Of a stretch of 64,000 bases of DNA, positions 8,194 to 17,646 are shown piece by piece. Every line of letters starts with the position of its first letter. The first letter of the stretch is position 1. The notes under the pieces are model-generated. The model was not told the origin of the DNA. It ran no database searches and saw nothing but the letters and a program-made list of their open reading frames with translations. This DNA is from a virus: the IMG/VR virus record IMGVR_UViG_3300047471_000541, positions 3,861 through 67,860 of that record. One strand, given 5' to 3'. A program made the position numbers and the translations under genes.

Positions 8194-8534
8194 TAATCTC
8201 CTAAATCGCGCAGGATTTCGACTGTGTTGAAGTCCTGATTAGGGACCGTGAGAATCTTGCCGTCAGGGAACGTAACCTGCCACTCGTGATCGAAGATGCC
8301 TTCCTGAGCGACGTCAGCAGCGACCGGCTGGTATTCGACCCCTCCAAGAGTGGGATCGCCGGCAATCGCGGCAGGGCGGATCAGGGTTTCGGGGCTTCCG
8401 GTGGAACGTCCGCGCCGGCGTATAAGAAATTTGATTGTGCAACCGGTGAGATTAACAGGCACTCCGTCAAGCATCAGGGTGTCGATGAATTTCCCCTTGG
8501 TATCGTTGCGCTTGATTTTAACGCTGCTTGTCAT
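8193..8534 (-). CDS. BppU N-terminal-like baseplate/fibre adaptor
   Basis: IKRNDT...PVNLTG...VEY...D...G...E.QVTFPDG..TVP pattern. Confidence 0.65.
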   Translation of the reverse strand: MTSSVKIKRNDTKGKFIDTLMLDGVPVNLTGCTIKFLIRRRGRSTGSPETLIRPAAIAGDPTLGGVEYQPVAADVAQEGIFDHEWQVTFPDGKILTVPNQDFNTVEILRDLGD

Positions 8535-9949
8535 TGAACGTACTGAAGGTTGCCGTCCGATTTCTGCATTATCAAGCTAGAAATGGCTTGCTCGACGGCG
8601 AGAGCTGACGCGGCCACCTGCATAGAGAGGATTGAATCGGCCTCCTGGACGGCGAGTTGCGAGGACGAAACCCATGCCACCAGAGCGCCGTCGCTGATCG
8701 GCCCGACCAAAACGCTGATCGTCACAACGTCATGATCGAGGTCATCCACGATCCGGAAGTCGCCGGTCGCGATCTGAGCTACCAGATTCGACTCAACCGG
8801 TAGGTTGCCGGTAGGAAAGGGCAGCAGATAAACGAAGGGACCGGCCAGCCGTACCCGAGTCGCCAGTTCGCTGATGTGCAAAAACTCGACCGCGCGGCGC
8901 GTTTTATTCGCTCCTTCAACTTCCGCATCATCGGAAATTTGCAGGAATTCGGTAGGGTTACGGCCCAGCGCCTCTCGGAAAAACGCGACCAGCGTGATTG
9001 TGAGCACCTCGTTTGCGGTGCGAGCAATAACGTGAGCCGCGACATTGGCCGTTGCGCTTTCCGAGGTCGAAAGAGCTTCGGACGCCGAGCGGTGCAGGTG
9101 CGCGATCCGCCTGAGTGATTCGGATACAACCAGCGATTCGGAAGGCACTCTGCCCTCGCCCCCGAAAAACATGACGCTCTGGATGGTGCCGAGCGATTCC
9201 GAGCAGGAGCGTTTAAAAACTCCGACGCGACTGACGAATTCGGAAACGCTCAGTGTGTCGGTGGTCGAGCGGATCCGAGCAAACCCAGCCGTGGCCGACT
9301 CGCTAATCGTGAGCGTGTCGGTCGCAAATCGATAGGGAACACTCTGCGCGCTCTCCGAGATTGTTAGAGAATCGGTGACGAATCTTCCGGTAAGGAGCGT
9401 TCGGGAAACGCTTTGACTAATTACGAGGCTTTCGACGCACGAACGAACCGGTCCTAGTCCGTGAATGTAGATGCCGGGGTTGCGCCAGCCCGAGCTAAAC
9501 TGAGCGTCGGCATAGCGCCGGAGCGTAACAGCCGCCTCGTCGATCCTGAGTGACTCAAAAGCGCTGCGTCGGATCGCGCCGGTGCCTGTCGTTTCTGAGG
9601 TATGAAGTGAATCCCACGCAAACGAGGACACCGAATGAGCGGAATGGAAATAGAGGCCGACATTGCGCCACGCCCGACTGAATTGCGCGTCAGCGTAGCG
9701 GTTAGCCGACACCGCAGCCATGTCGACCATGAGCGCGTCGCTCGCGCCGGCCCGCAAGCTACCGGACACGCGGATCGTTTCAGAGGTCGAAAGCGCGTCA
9801 GTGGCAAAAGCCGTCTTGGGCGTTTTCTCGTGAAGATAAATCCCGCCGCGCCCAGCCCGACCAAACTGAGCGTCGGCGTAACGGTGGACGGACGCCGCCG
9901 CCATGTCGACCAGGAGCCATTCGGTGGCGGTGCGAGTTACCGCTGCCAT
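8531..9949 (-). CDS. virion protein with RxxxD/ExLxxSE repeats
   Basis: About 20-aa repeats plus three RYADAQF units. Confidence 0.7.
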   Translation of the reverse strand: MAAVTRTATEWLLVDMAAASVHRYADAQFGRAGRGGIYLHEKTPKTAFATDALSTSETIRVSGSLRAGASDALMVDMAAVSANRYADAQFSRAWRNVGLYFHSAHSVSSFAWDSLHTSETTGTGAIRRSAFESLRIDEAAVTLRRYADAQFSSGWRNPGIYIHGLGPVRSCVESLVISQSVSRTLLTGRFVTDSLTISESAQSVPYRFATDTLTISESATAGFARIRSTTDTLSVSEFVSRVGVFKRSCSESLGTIQSVMFFGGEGRVPSESLVVSESLRRIAHLHRSASEALSTSESATANVAAHVIARTANEVLTITLVAFFREALGRNPTEFLQISDDAEVEGANKTRRAVEFLHISELATRVRLAGPFVYLLPFPTGNLPVESNLVAQIATGDFRIVDDLDHDVVTISVLVGPISDGALVAWVSSSQLAVQEADSILSMQVAASALAVEQAISSLIMQKSDGNLQYVQ

Positions 9950-9954
9950 TTTTT

Positions 9955-10155
9955 CTACTGGATCAGGGTTTTGACGAACGTAGCCGAAGGCGCTTGATCT
10001 GAGGCAAGCCGAATCATGTCCTCCCAGCCCGTGGCAAAGAGGTGGTTGTAACCGAGGCCAAATTGCGCCGCGACGAAGTGCGTTGCGTCAATCAGCGCGC
10101 TTTTGACAAACGTCGCAGAAGGCGATTGTTCGCCGTGGAGTGGAATGACTCTCAT
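9955..10155 (-). CDS. small protein with internal duplication
   Basis: QSPSATFVK and QAPSATFVK; abuts both neighbours. Confidence 0.55.
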   Translation of the reverse strand: MRVIPLHGEQSPSATFVKSALIDATHFVAAQFGLGYNHLFATGWEDMIRLASDQAPSATFVKTLIQ

Positions 10156-11040
10156 TCACGCGACTGCTATAAAGAGGGTTGCTCGGGCGCGAAGGTTGAG
10201 TGAGGCCGAGTTGTCAGTAACTGCGATCCAGCTATGGCCGTCGTAACTGATCGCCGATTCGCTGCCCCACGCATCATTCATCACCATGGCATCGTACATT
10301 TGCCCTTGGATTTTGGCTTCGGCGCCTACGCCTGTGGTGCTCCACAGAACAAGCGGCTCGTAGGCTGGCAAAGTTCCGTCCTGCCAACGATACCATGAGG
10401 TTGTGTCGCCGGTGTAACCGCCCTGCCAGTTCGCAATCGAGGGACCGCCTAAACTGGTCGACCACCCACTCATGTTTTGCAGGTTGGAAACTGTCATGCC
10501 CGAAAACAAACCCGAGCTGCTGGAATTATCGTAAGACGCAAGCGTTGTGCGCCATGAATACTTGGCTGTCACATCGGCGTCGGATGTGCCAGTGCCGTGA
10601 GCAAAGGCCAGCGCGTCACCAGCGGAATAGGGCAAAAACGGCGGCGTCCAAAGCGAACCGGCGCAAACAAAATTGCGTGGCGTAGTACGCGTGGCGCTGC
10701 CGCTAACAAAAGCAAAGAAGTGAAACTTAGTGGCTACGACCCGCCATGTTTGTGAGCCAGGAAAACCGTAAAATGTCTGAGAGGTAGGCGATCCGCTGCT
10801 GTGCCGGATGCCAGCTTGACCGCAGTTACCGGTGCCGGGTTCAAGCACTATGACGCGGATCTTCTGTCCCGAATTACCGGAAGCGGTTTCTACCACAACG
10901 GTCGAGCTTCCGATTGGCCCGCTAATTAAATTCCAACCGGCATCAACACAGGCTTGCGCTATGAAATCGCACCAGTTCTGTCGTGTCGCCAGTGCCGCTG
11001 TTCGATTGATGTAAGTGCCGCCAGAATATTGAAGGCTCAT
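10156..11040 (-). CDS. virion structural protein (fibre-associated)
   Basis: G/S/T/W-rich composition; lies in the fibre module. Confidence 0.65.
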   Translation of the reverse strand: MSLQYSGGTYINRTAALATRQNWCDFIAQACVDAGWNLISGPIGSSTVVVETASGNSGQKIRVIVLEPGTGNCGQAGIRHSSGSPTSQTFYGFPGSQTWRVVATKFHFFAFVSGSATRTTPRNFVCAGSLWTPPFLPYSAGDALAFAHGTGTSDADVTAKYSWRTTLASYDNSSSSGLFSGMTVSNLQNMSGWSTSLGGPSIANWQGGYTGDTTSWYRWQDGTLPAYEPLVLWSTTGVGAEAKIQGQMYDAMVMNDAWGSESAISYDGHSWIAVTDNSASLNLRARATLFIAVA

Positions 11041-11049
11041 AGGGTTATT

Positions 11050-12333
11050 TCATGGGTCAACGTATTGGAGTTCGCTCATAACAGGCGAATTGCCGGTTGG
11101 AAATGGTAGCAAGTATTCCCATGGCCCACCGACCTGCACGAACGCCGCGCACTGGTCAACGATAAAAAGGTGATCGAGCGTGGTGCGGCTCCGTGCTTGC
11201 CCCGCTGCAGGACTATCCACGGCCTGGAGCGCGTCCTGCGTATTCCGCTGAAACGTGACAGTCTGAGTCGCGGCCTCACTCACCGTGAGCGCGTCAGTGG
11301 CGCCGCGTTCGTCCTGATCGAAGCGCAATGCGAGTTCGGAAACATTGAGCGCCTCGACGGTCACCCGAAGCGCCTGCAAGAGCCGCGCAGCCAGGTCAGT
11401 CGTTGCAAGCGAGTCAGCACCAGTTCGAGTAATTGCGAGGGTACGCGCAAGGATTTGAGCAACCGATAACGACTCGGAAGTCGTACGATTGAATACGCCG
11501 AACTTGGTGGCGCTGGCTGACTCGGACGTTGCCAGTAGCTCGGTAGCCGTACGTAACGGAGTGACGAGCCGCGTAAGCGATTCAGCGGTCGAAAGGGATT
11601 CGCTTGTCGCGCGCGTGAGGGGGCCGGACTTGGACGCCTGCGCCGATTCAGCCGTAGCCAGCGCGTCAACGGCTGTGCGGCTATGAACCGTCCCCTCGGC
11701 AGCGAATTCCGCCGTGGTTAATATGTCAGTGATCGCGCGAACGAGGGTCAGGGATCGCGCCGCGCTCTCAGTGGTGGTCAGGCTTTCACTGGTTGTCCGG
11801 TTGAGTGACGGAGTGGAACGAGCTGTGGTAGCGACTTCCGCAGTTGAGAGCGCCTCAGCAGCGGTCCGCGCTTCACTGAACCGGCGCGAAGCAGATTCAC
11901 TGGTTGCGAGAGCATCAACTGCGCTTAGAAGCCTCGCCAGCGTGCGAGCCACGGCCTCAGTAAGCGTCGGAGCGTCAGAAGTGGCGCGGAGTAGCGCCGC
12001 CAGCCTTGCGACGTTCTCTAGGGTCGTTGGTGCGTCCGAGGCGGTTCTGGCTGCGGCCTTGGCTTGGGACGCAACTTGGGCGCTTGAAAGTGCGTCAGTG
12101 GCCGAGCGTTTGAGGTTCTGAGTGCTGGAAAGCGACTCGGATGTTTTGACGCCGGTTTCGGACGTGGAGCGTTTGAGTTGCCCAACCCGAGCCACGCTCT
12201 CCGCTGTGGTTGGCGCTTCGGTCGTGTCGAGCGTGGTTAGCTCGGTGGACTCGGTGGCTAAAAGGTCAGTGCCGTTCTCCGCGAGTTGGCGATCACCGCT
12301 CTCGTAAAGGAGCTTGTCGAGTACGACGGCCAT
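11050..12333 (-). CDS. virion protein with about 17 tandem 20-aa repeats
   Basis: RxxxD/ExLxxxE repeats, e.g. RTTSESLTTTESAARSLTLV. Confidence 0.75.
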   Translation of the reverse strand: MAVVLDKLLYESGDRQLAENGTDLLATESTELTTLDTTEAPTTAESVARVGQLKRSTSETGVKTSESLSSTQNLKRSATDALSSAQVASQAKAAARTASDAPTTLENVARLAALLRATSDAPTLTEAVARTLARLLSAVDALATSESASRRFSEARTAAEALSTAEVATTARSTPSLNRTTSESLTTTESAARSLTLVRAITDILTTAEFAAEGTVHSRTAVDALATAESAQASKSGPLTRATSESLSTAESLTRLVTPLRTATELLATSESASATKFGVFNRTTSESLSVAQILARTLAITRTGADSLATTDLAARLLQALRVTVEALNVSELALRFDQDERGATDALTVSEAATQTVTFQRNTQDALQAVDSPAAGQARSRTTLDHLFIVDQCAAFVQVGGPWEYLLPFPTGNSPVMSELQYVDP

Positions 12334-12339
12334 GATTCA

Positions 12340-12975
12340 TCACGGGATTTTTAATTCCGATTGCACCAACTGGACTGTACCTACAAAGCTCGTGCCACCG
12401 AGGACGCTCACGCCGATCTTGGTCGCCGTTGTGGAATTAAACGTCGTCGTGGCTGCGCCGATACCTGGAATGCACTGAACCGCGGTAGCGAAAAATCCAA
12501 CCGCTGTAGCGGCAATTCTCATGACGTTTACGAGAGCCGTAATCGTGGCGGCGGTCCCTGTTGTCCTAACGTTGAGTAAAACTTCAAACCGTCCCTGATC
12601 TGTTGCGGCGGTTTGCGCGACGCCGGCAGTCCAAGCCAAAACAGCGGCATCGCTATTGGTTCCGGACGTCCCGATTCGGACGTTGATTTGCAAGATGGCA
12701 ACACCAGCGGCGGTTTTAGCCATGTCCCACACGCACCAATAGCTCGTTCCAGCCGTCCAGATACCGGCAGGAACAGTGATCCCCGAGCCGGTCAAATAAG
12801 CCTCGGCAGCGCCGGTTACCGTTTGCGCGGAAGTGCTGGCGTTAGTGGAAGCGTTCGCCTTGGTGACGAGGCTCGCGGTGGCCTGTTTACTAACGCCGCC
12901 CTGGGCGACACAAATTAAGTCAGCGGGCGATACCGAAGTCGCAACTGGTAGAGCTGAGTATTTGGTATCAGCCAC
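12340..12975 (-). CDS. tail fibre-like structural protein
   Basis: MADTKYSALPVAT...DLI.VAQGG.SKQ N-terminus typical of phage fibres; T/A-rich. Confidence 0.65.
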   Translation of the reverse strand: MADTKYSALPVATSVSPADLICVAQGGVSKQATASLVTKANASTNASTSAQTVTGAAEAYLTGSGITVPAGIWTAGTSYWCVWDMAKTAAGVAILQINVRIGTSGTNSDAAVLAWTAGVAQTAATDQGRFEVLLNVRTTGTAATITALVNVMRIAATAVGFFATAVQCIPGIGAATTTFNSTTATKIGVSVLGGTSFVGTVQLVQSELKIP

Positions 12976-12980
12976 ATCGC

Positions 12981-13199
12981 TTAACGCCTGTTGAGCGCCC
13001 GTATAACGGCGTCACCGTTCCCACGGACTGGCACAATCTCAGCGCCCTTCTCCTTGTCCCGAGCGTGATCCTCGTCGATCGCTTTCTCGGCCAGTTTGAG
13101 CATGGCGTAAGAAAGCATCCGGTCTTTGATTGGACCATTCACGTTGACCTGCTTACTGGCAGGATCAAACGTGATAGTCAGTGTGATCCTTGGATCCAT
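12981..13199 (-). CDS. small hypothetical protein
   Basis: MDPRITLTI starts immediately after the upstream stop. Confidence 0.6.
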   Translation of the reverse strand: MDPRITLTITFDPASKQVNVNGPIKDRMLSYAMLKLAEKAIDEDHARDKEKGAEIVPVRGNGDAVIRALNRR

Positions 13200-13200
13200 C

Positions 13201-13992
13201 CTATCCGGAGAGCGTGATCGTGTCAGTGACCGTGAGGGTATCGCCGTTGCCAACCGTGGCGTCCAGGTTGAGGACAGTCTCAAAAACCATGATGCCGCCA
13301 CTCGTGCCGCCGGCGGGGAGCGCGTTGGTGAAAAGTCCCATCTTGTGGAGCGCCGTGATCGTGCCGGTGATCGTGTAAACGACCTGCATCGTGTAGGTCG
13401 CCGTGCCGCCTGTGTGCGCATAGGTGGACTTGGTACGGGAACAGCCGTTGGCGTTATTCTCAGTCGCCAGAACCGTGTCCGCGGCGTTCGCTGCGGCCGT
13501 GTCGGTGGTCAGGGCCATGAATCGCGGGATGCAAGTAGGGATAATCGAGTAGCCGTTGGTCGAAGTCGGGGTCGCAGCCGCCGCGCCGTCTGCCGCGTTC
13601 CACCACTGATCCACCGTGAGCACCGTGGTCGAATTGTCACCGATGTTGCCGTAGGTGGGTTCGGTGGCGAGCGCGGTTTCCGCGCAATAAACGCGCCAGC
13701 CTTTGTACTGGCTCGCAGTCATGCCGCCGCCACTGGGTGTCGCGCTCGTGGCCGTGGTAGCCGTCAGCGAGCCGCCTTTCATGGGAGCATGACCGAACGC
13801 TGCCGCCCAAAGGTCGCGGCCAGAGTTGGTGAGCAGGTTCTGCGAAATACCGAGGTCGTCTATGTCGCCATTTTTGCGCCGGATATAGGCGTGAACGTGG
13901 TTGGGGCCAAGGCGCAACTTTGTGACCGGTTTTCCTTTGCGGAATACAGTGAACAGTGAGCCGTCTTTAAGGGGTTCGATTAGGTGGTTCAT
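13201..13992 (-). CDS. virion structural protein
   Basis: NLLTNSGRD...ALTTD...DTVL..E...KMGLF...GDTLTVT; T/A/G-rich. Confidence 0.7.
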   Translation of the reverse strand: MNHLIEPLKDGSLFTVFRKGKPVTKLRLGPNHVHAYIRRKNGDIDDLGISQNLLTNSGRDLWAAAFGHAPMKGGSLTATTATSATPSGGGMTASQYKGWRVYCAETALATEPTYGNIGDNSTTVLTVDQWWNAADGAAAATPTSTNGYSIIPTCIPRFMALTTDTAAANAADTVLATENNANGCSRTKSTYAHTGGTATYTMQVVYTITGTITALHKMGLFTNALPAGGTSGGIMVFETVLNLDATVGNGDTLTVTDTITLSG

Positions 13993-13998
13993 GGTTGG

Positions 13999-14238
13999 TT
14001 AGCCTCTGTCTTTGGAGCCCAATCGCTCGGTGACGGTTGCTGTTTTTTTCTTACCCGCAGGTGGCCCTGCGACGCTTGCCTTGTGCGTGGACTCAGACAG
14101 GACTATCCAGTTACCCGGATCGCCGTCACCCTTCCGACAGATACGACACGATCGCGGCACCGGATTTTCGCCAGCCGCCGCAGCGATTTCAAAAGTGCCA
14201 CAGTTCTTACACTGGAACGCGAACTTGGTTTCTGCCAT
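13999..14238 (-). CDS. zinc-ribbon protein
   Basis: CKNC...CRIC; start at MAETKF behind the conserved promoter motif. Confidence 0.65.
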   Translation of the reverse strand: MAETKFAFQCKNCGTFEIAAAAGENPVPRSCRICRKGDGDPGNWIVLSESTHKASVAGPPAGKKKTATVTERLGSKDRG

Positions 14239-14278
14239 TAGTGAGCGCTTTTGCCGCAGCGTCGAAATTAACGCAAGC
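14239..14278 (-). promoter_or_regulatory. conserved CTTGC-N19-CA promoter motif
   Basis: Same motif and spacing at six minus-strand gene starts. Confidence 0.6.
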
Positions 14279-14283
14279 AAATT

Positions 14284-14778
14284 TTATTGGATCCTCGTCC
14301 ATCTACCCTCCTTGTCGCGCTGGTGCATTTCAAAGTCGAACCACGGCCACGCAGCTCGACAACCTTTGAAACGCACCATGTCGCGTTCACTGATCCACGG
14401 TCCTTTGACCTCGACCAGCGTGAAATGCGGTTCTGCCCATTTGCTTCCACGTAACGCAGGCGGCGCCAAAAATATCCGAAGCTCAACAAAATCCGGTTTA
14501 TACCACATCGCGGCGCCGGTTTTTGGATCTTCGCCCCACTTGAGGCGCATCCCCTCGAATTGATACCAATGGATTTCACCGGCCCGCTTCTGCGCTTCGA
14601 GGATCAACGAATACTCCCGCTCTGGCCTTGTCATGGAGCGCCGCGGCCTCGCGCGTTTTGCCTCGGCTGGGGGTTCCACGAACGAGGACTGCTCGAGGAA
14701 CTTCGGGAGTTTGATGTGTCCCTTCGCCGCCAGTTTCCGCTGGTGCGCTTCGGCTTCCGCTCTCGTCTTTATCTGCAT
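14284..14778 (-). CDS. PD-(D/E)XK endonuclease, DUF1064-like (possible resolvase)
   Basis: YKPDF...VEVKG. Confidence 0.75.
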   Translation of the reverse strand: MQIKTRAEAEAHQRKLAAKGHIKLPKFLEQSSFVEPPAEAKRARPRRSMTRPEREYSLILEAQKRAGEIHWYQFEGMRLKWGEDPKTGAAMWYKPDFVELRIFLAPPALRGSKWAEPHFTLVEVKGPWISERDMVRFKGCRAAWPWFDFEMHQRDKEGRWTRIQ

Positions 14779-14959
14779 CGGTTTCCTTCTTTTTTCTGAA
14801 CTCTGCTGCGTCGGGACAGGTCGCCCAGTGAGGCATGTGCCGGTCCCGACGAAAATAGTAGTCGCCCTCCTTCACGGTGTTGGCGTTTACCGGCATATTC
14901 GCGCCCTTGAGGGTTTTGAGCCACACGATTGCGGCTCCGCAGCGTTTGCATTGGCTCAT
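14576..14959 (-). CDS. zinc-finger protein
   Basis: CKRCGAAIVW...MPVN...HWATCP; 3' end overlaps the nuclease gene. Confidence 0.6.
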   Translation of the reverse strand: MSQCKRCGAAIVWLKTLKGANMPVNANTVKEGDYYFRRDRHMPHWATCPDAAEFRKKKETDADKDESGSRSAPAETGGEGTHQTPEVPRAVLVRGTPSRGKTREAAALHDKARAGVFVDPRSAEAGR

Positions 14960-14966
14960 ATCGAGT

Positions 14967-15425
14967 TCACCAATCGGCATCGTCGGGATCGGTGGGGTTG
15001 CACCCGGGGATCGGTAACGCGCCTGCCATGTGAAATGGATCAGATTTGCGATATTGGCGCCCCAGTTCCATCTGACGCTCGGTGAGAGCGGCGCGGGGTG
15101 TCTCACGGCTTTTCTCGTGCGTGACAGAAGCCCGCGCCTTTTCTCCTTTGTCGGTTGCGATAGAAGCGTTGGGGAACACAGTTTTCACCAGTTCCAAAAT
15201 TTCCGCATCGGTTTTTTCGGGCAAGTTCATCGAGTTAGCTTTGAGGCCGAGTTGCGCCGCCAGTCGCAAGCGCCCGTTTATTTTGGATCCCAGCAGCTTG
15301 CCGCGCGTCGCCTCACAAAACATTCTGAATTTGACGACGCTACACTTGGCCGCAATCTCCACCGGCGTCGCGGCCAACAGATTGAGCGCAAGCTGCCGCA
15401 GGGTCTTTTCTTCGCTCTCAGTCAT
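14967..15425 (-). CDS. hypothetical protein
   Basis: ATGA overlap; AAGGA RBS. Confidence 0.65.
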   Translation of the reverse strand: MTESEEKTLRQLALNLLAATPVEIAAKCSVVKFRMFCEATRGKLLGSKINGRLRLAAQLGLKANSMNLPEKTDAEILELVKTVFPNASIATDKGEKARASVTHEKSRETPRAALTERQMELGRQYRKSDPFHMAGALPIPGCNPTDPDDADW

Positions 15426-15727
15426 CCTTTACATTCCCCTTTGTGCTCCTCGTATCCACCACACGCAGGACATAACATCGAGCCCGAATCCTCGTCGCGC
15501 AGGAGTTTGGCCTTCTCCTGCCGGAGCCGCCAGATCGCCACGGCTTCCTGCGGCGTCATGCCGCAAATCATGTAAGCGAACACCTGCTCCTTGCCGCCTG
15601 GGGACTTCGGGAACTGGATCGACATGTAGGTCTGCCCGCCCAAATGGATCGTCACCTGTGGCGGTCGCTTGGTCGTGTAAACCTTGTGGCCGTCCTCCGG
15701 CCCGCCGATTATGTCGTACTCAATCAT
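15422..15727 (-). CDS. hypothetical protein
   Basis: GGPEDG N-terminal motif; C-terminal CPAC. Confidence 0.65.
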   Translation of the reverse strand: MIEYDIIGGPEDGHKVYTTKRPPQVTIHLGGQTYMSIQFPKSPGGKEQVFAYMICGMTPQEAVAIWRLRQEKAKLLRDEDSGSMLCPACGGYEEHKGECKG

Positions 15728-16196
15728 TGAATGGAAATTCGTCCTGTTCGTCTGCTTCTAGCTGCCTTCTGGCTTGGTCTGCATAGTCGCCGTGGTATTC
15801 GTAGCCGCCGCTGACGATTCGGAAATAGATTTGATCGCCCTCGAACCGAATCACTTTTCCGCGCTTGGTCACGGCGTACTTCGGAATGGTAATCTCGCCA
15901 CGGACAAAACTGCAACCTTTGTCGGTAATCTGCCACCAGCCGCGCTTGAGTACCTGTTGCTCGGTTTCAACCACCGGATCGGCCAGTCCCCAATAGCGTA
16001 GCTTCTGTGAATTGGTGCGTTGCGAGTAAGTAAGATCGAGGCTGTCAGTTCGCACCGGCTTCATTCCGGCCTCAAAGAGCAAGCCCAAAAACCGCGCCAG
16101 CGCCTTGTTGAAACCGAACCGATATTCCACCAAGAGAGCGCCACACGACTCGCAACGCGGATGGTCGCCACCGTTATCTGGCGAAACTGTTGTCAT
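15720..16196 (-). CDS. zinc-ribbon / winged-helix-like protein
   Basis: CESC; KLRYWGL...GWWQITDKG. Confidence 0.65.
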   Translation of the reverse strand: MTTVSPDNGGDHPRCESCGALLVEYRFGFNKALARFLGLLFEAGMKPVRTDSLDLTYSQRTNSQKLRYWGLADPVVETEQQVLKRGWWQITDKGCSFVRGEITIPKYAVTKRGKVIRFEGDQIYFRIVSGGYEYHGDYADQARRQLEADEQDEFPFND

Positions 16197-16861
16197 GGCG
16201 ACCTCAAGTTGTAATCCTCGGTGTCCACATCGACGACAACGCTCCCGCCGCGAATCAAGCGCGAGGAAATACGCGGATCGAGCAGGTCGCCCATCTGTTC
16301 AACGGTTACGTTGGCCGTCAATACTGTCCACTTCCCCAAACGCCTTTCCAGCACATAATAGAGCTTGGACGCCGACAGTTCGCGGTGCTTCTCGTACTCG
16401 CTGATAAGATCGTCGAGAGCAAAGAAATCGTGTTGCGCTACGTCCCGCAAAAAATCGAAGTCGCCTTGCAGCATCCGATCATTGACCGCGCTGCCCCAGT
16501 TAAGAAAACCGCCACGCCAACGAATGACGCGACCTTTGCAACCCTTCTTCTCTGTTTCCTTGCTGCGCTCCCAATCAATCGCGCCATGCCTGTGATCACG
16601 GAATAAGTGCCAGATACGTTTTGCCAGCATGGTTTTCCCGATGCCAGCGGGGCCGAGTAATGTCAGCCAACGCGGGTTCCGGTTGTTGAATAGATCGTCA
16701 ATGAAGCCCACGGCCTCATTTTTCATCCGTTCCAACTGGTGGTCGTTGAGGGTCTGAAAGTCCTCGAACTTGCCCCACACCTTTGTAGCGTGAGGCGGTT
16801 CCTTCGAGGGCTGTTCCTGCGGTTCTGCGATTTTCTCTAGTATTGTGCTTATGTGTTCCAT
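16193..16861 (-). CDS. DnaC/IstB-like AAA+ helicase loader
   Basis: Walker A GPAGIGKT, Walker B ALDDL, TAN, RISSRL, DY; AGGAAACCA before the ATG. Confidence 0.85.
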   Translation of the reverse strand: MEHISTILEKIAEPQEQPSKEPPHATKVWGKFEDFQTLNDHQLERMKNEAVGFIDDLFNNRNPRWLTLLGPAGIGKTMLAKRIWHLFRDHRHGAIDWERSKETEKKGCKGRVIRWRGGFLNWGSAVNDRMLQGDFDFLRDVAQHDFFALDDLISEYEKHRELSASKLYYVLERRLGKWTVLTANVTVEQMGDLLDPRISSRLIRGGSVVVDVDTEDYNLRSP

Positions 16862-17468
16862 TGGTTTCCTGTGGTTCAAAGATGCCCGTGTATCCCTGCT
16901 CGATTGAAAAGTTGATTGCCGCGATTGCGCGTTTCTCGCCCATGGCCGTGAGCTTGGCGCGCTGGCGCTTCACCGCTTCGGGAGTCAACGATTGGCGTTT
17001 GTGTTTGCGGTGGCTTTCCCATTCCGTCCAAGCCGCTTGAAGCTCTGAATTTTCAAAGGGGGTAGGGGGTTCATTCTTGGTACTCTTCTCATTCTTAGTA
17101 TGTCGCCCTGAAAAACCGTCGTCGGGTTTTTCAGGGCGACGGTTGGGTTGCGGATTTTCAGGGCGACGGTCGAGTTGCGATTGGTCGAACACTGTCCAAA
17201 ACCGACCAGTAATTTTTCCGTCCGCTCGGCGTTCCGTGGTCAAAACAGCATAACCGCACGCCTTTAATTCCCCGAAAGCAGCGATAACGGCATCGCGTCC
17301 TTCTTTTGCCCGAGCAACAACGTCGTCAGTTTTAACCGTCCAATCATTCGGTTTGCCAAGCAGGTAAGTTAGAATCCCCTTTGCTCGCCACGAGAGCCGC
17401 TTGTCGTTCAAGATTTCCTTCGGCATCCGCGCGAAGGGATCGGCTCGTTTCTGGACGCGAATAATCAT
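16716..17468 (-). CDS. phage replication initiator (HTH N-terminus)
   Basis: LSWRAKGILTYLLGKPNDW...ELKACGY; C-terminal W.EW..HRK...GYTGIF; adjacent to the loader gene. Confidence 0.8.
   Translation of the reverse strand: MIIRVQKRADPFARMPKEILNDKRLSWRAKGILTYLLGKPNDWTVKTDDVVARAKEGRDAVIAAFGELKACGYAVLTTERRADGKITGRFWTVFDQSQLDRRPENPQPNRRPEKPDDGFSGRHTKNEKSTKNEPPTPFENSELQAAWTEWESHRKHKRQSLTPEAVKRQRAKLTAMGEKRAIAAINFSIEQGYTGIFEPQETNGTHKHNTRENRRTAGTALEGTASRYKGVGQVRGLSDPQRPPVGTDEK
17102..17170. repeat. iteron-like repeats, probable replication origin
   Basis: Perfect 16-bp inverted repeat 17102-17117/17125-17140 plus direct repeat TTTTCAGGGCGACGGT at 17128 and 17155. Confidence 0.7.
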
Positions 17469-17646
17469 CGCCCGAAGTGACGCGCTCCTGCGCTTTCGCC
17501 GTCCACGGCTGTTCGGGGGAGGAAACCTTCTCGCCGGACAAGATGTACGAGAGAAAGAAACCCCGAACGCCACAAGGTTTTAGCCTTGAGCGAACCGCCT
17601 AGAAGCGCGTCATTTCGGGCGACCATTGGAAGTGGACTTTCATTGG

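Noticed and set aside
11050-12333. Tape measure protein
   Set aside because: Short, S/T-rich 20-aa repeats rather than 11/18-aa aromatic-spaced helices; no tail-tube/chaperone frameshift pair nearby.
14576-14800. Programmed frameshift at AGAAAAAAG joining the zinc finger and nuclease
   Set aside because: The nuclease has its own AAGGAAAC-type RBS and ATG; a simple gene overlap explains the sequence.
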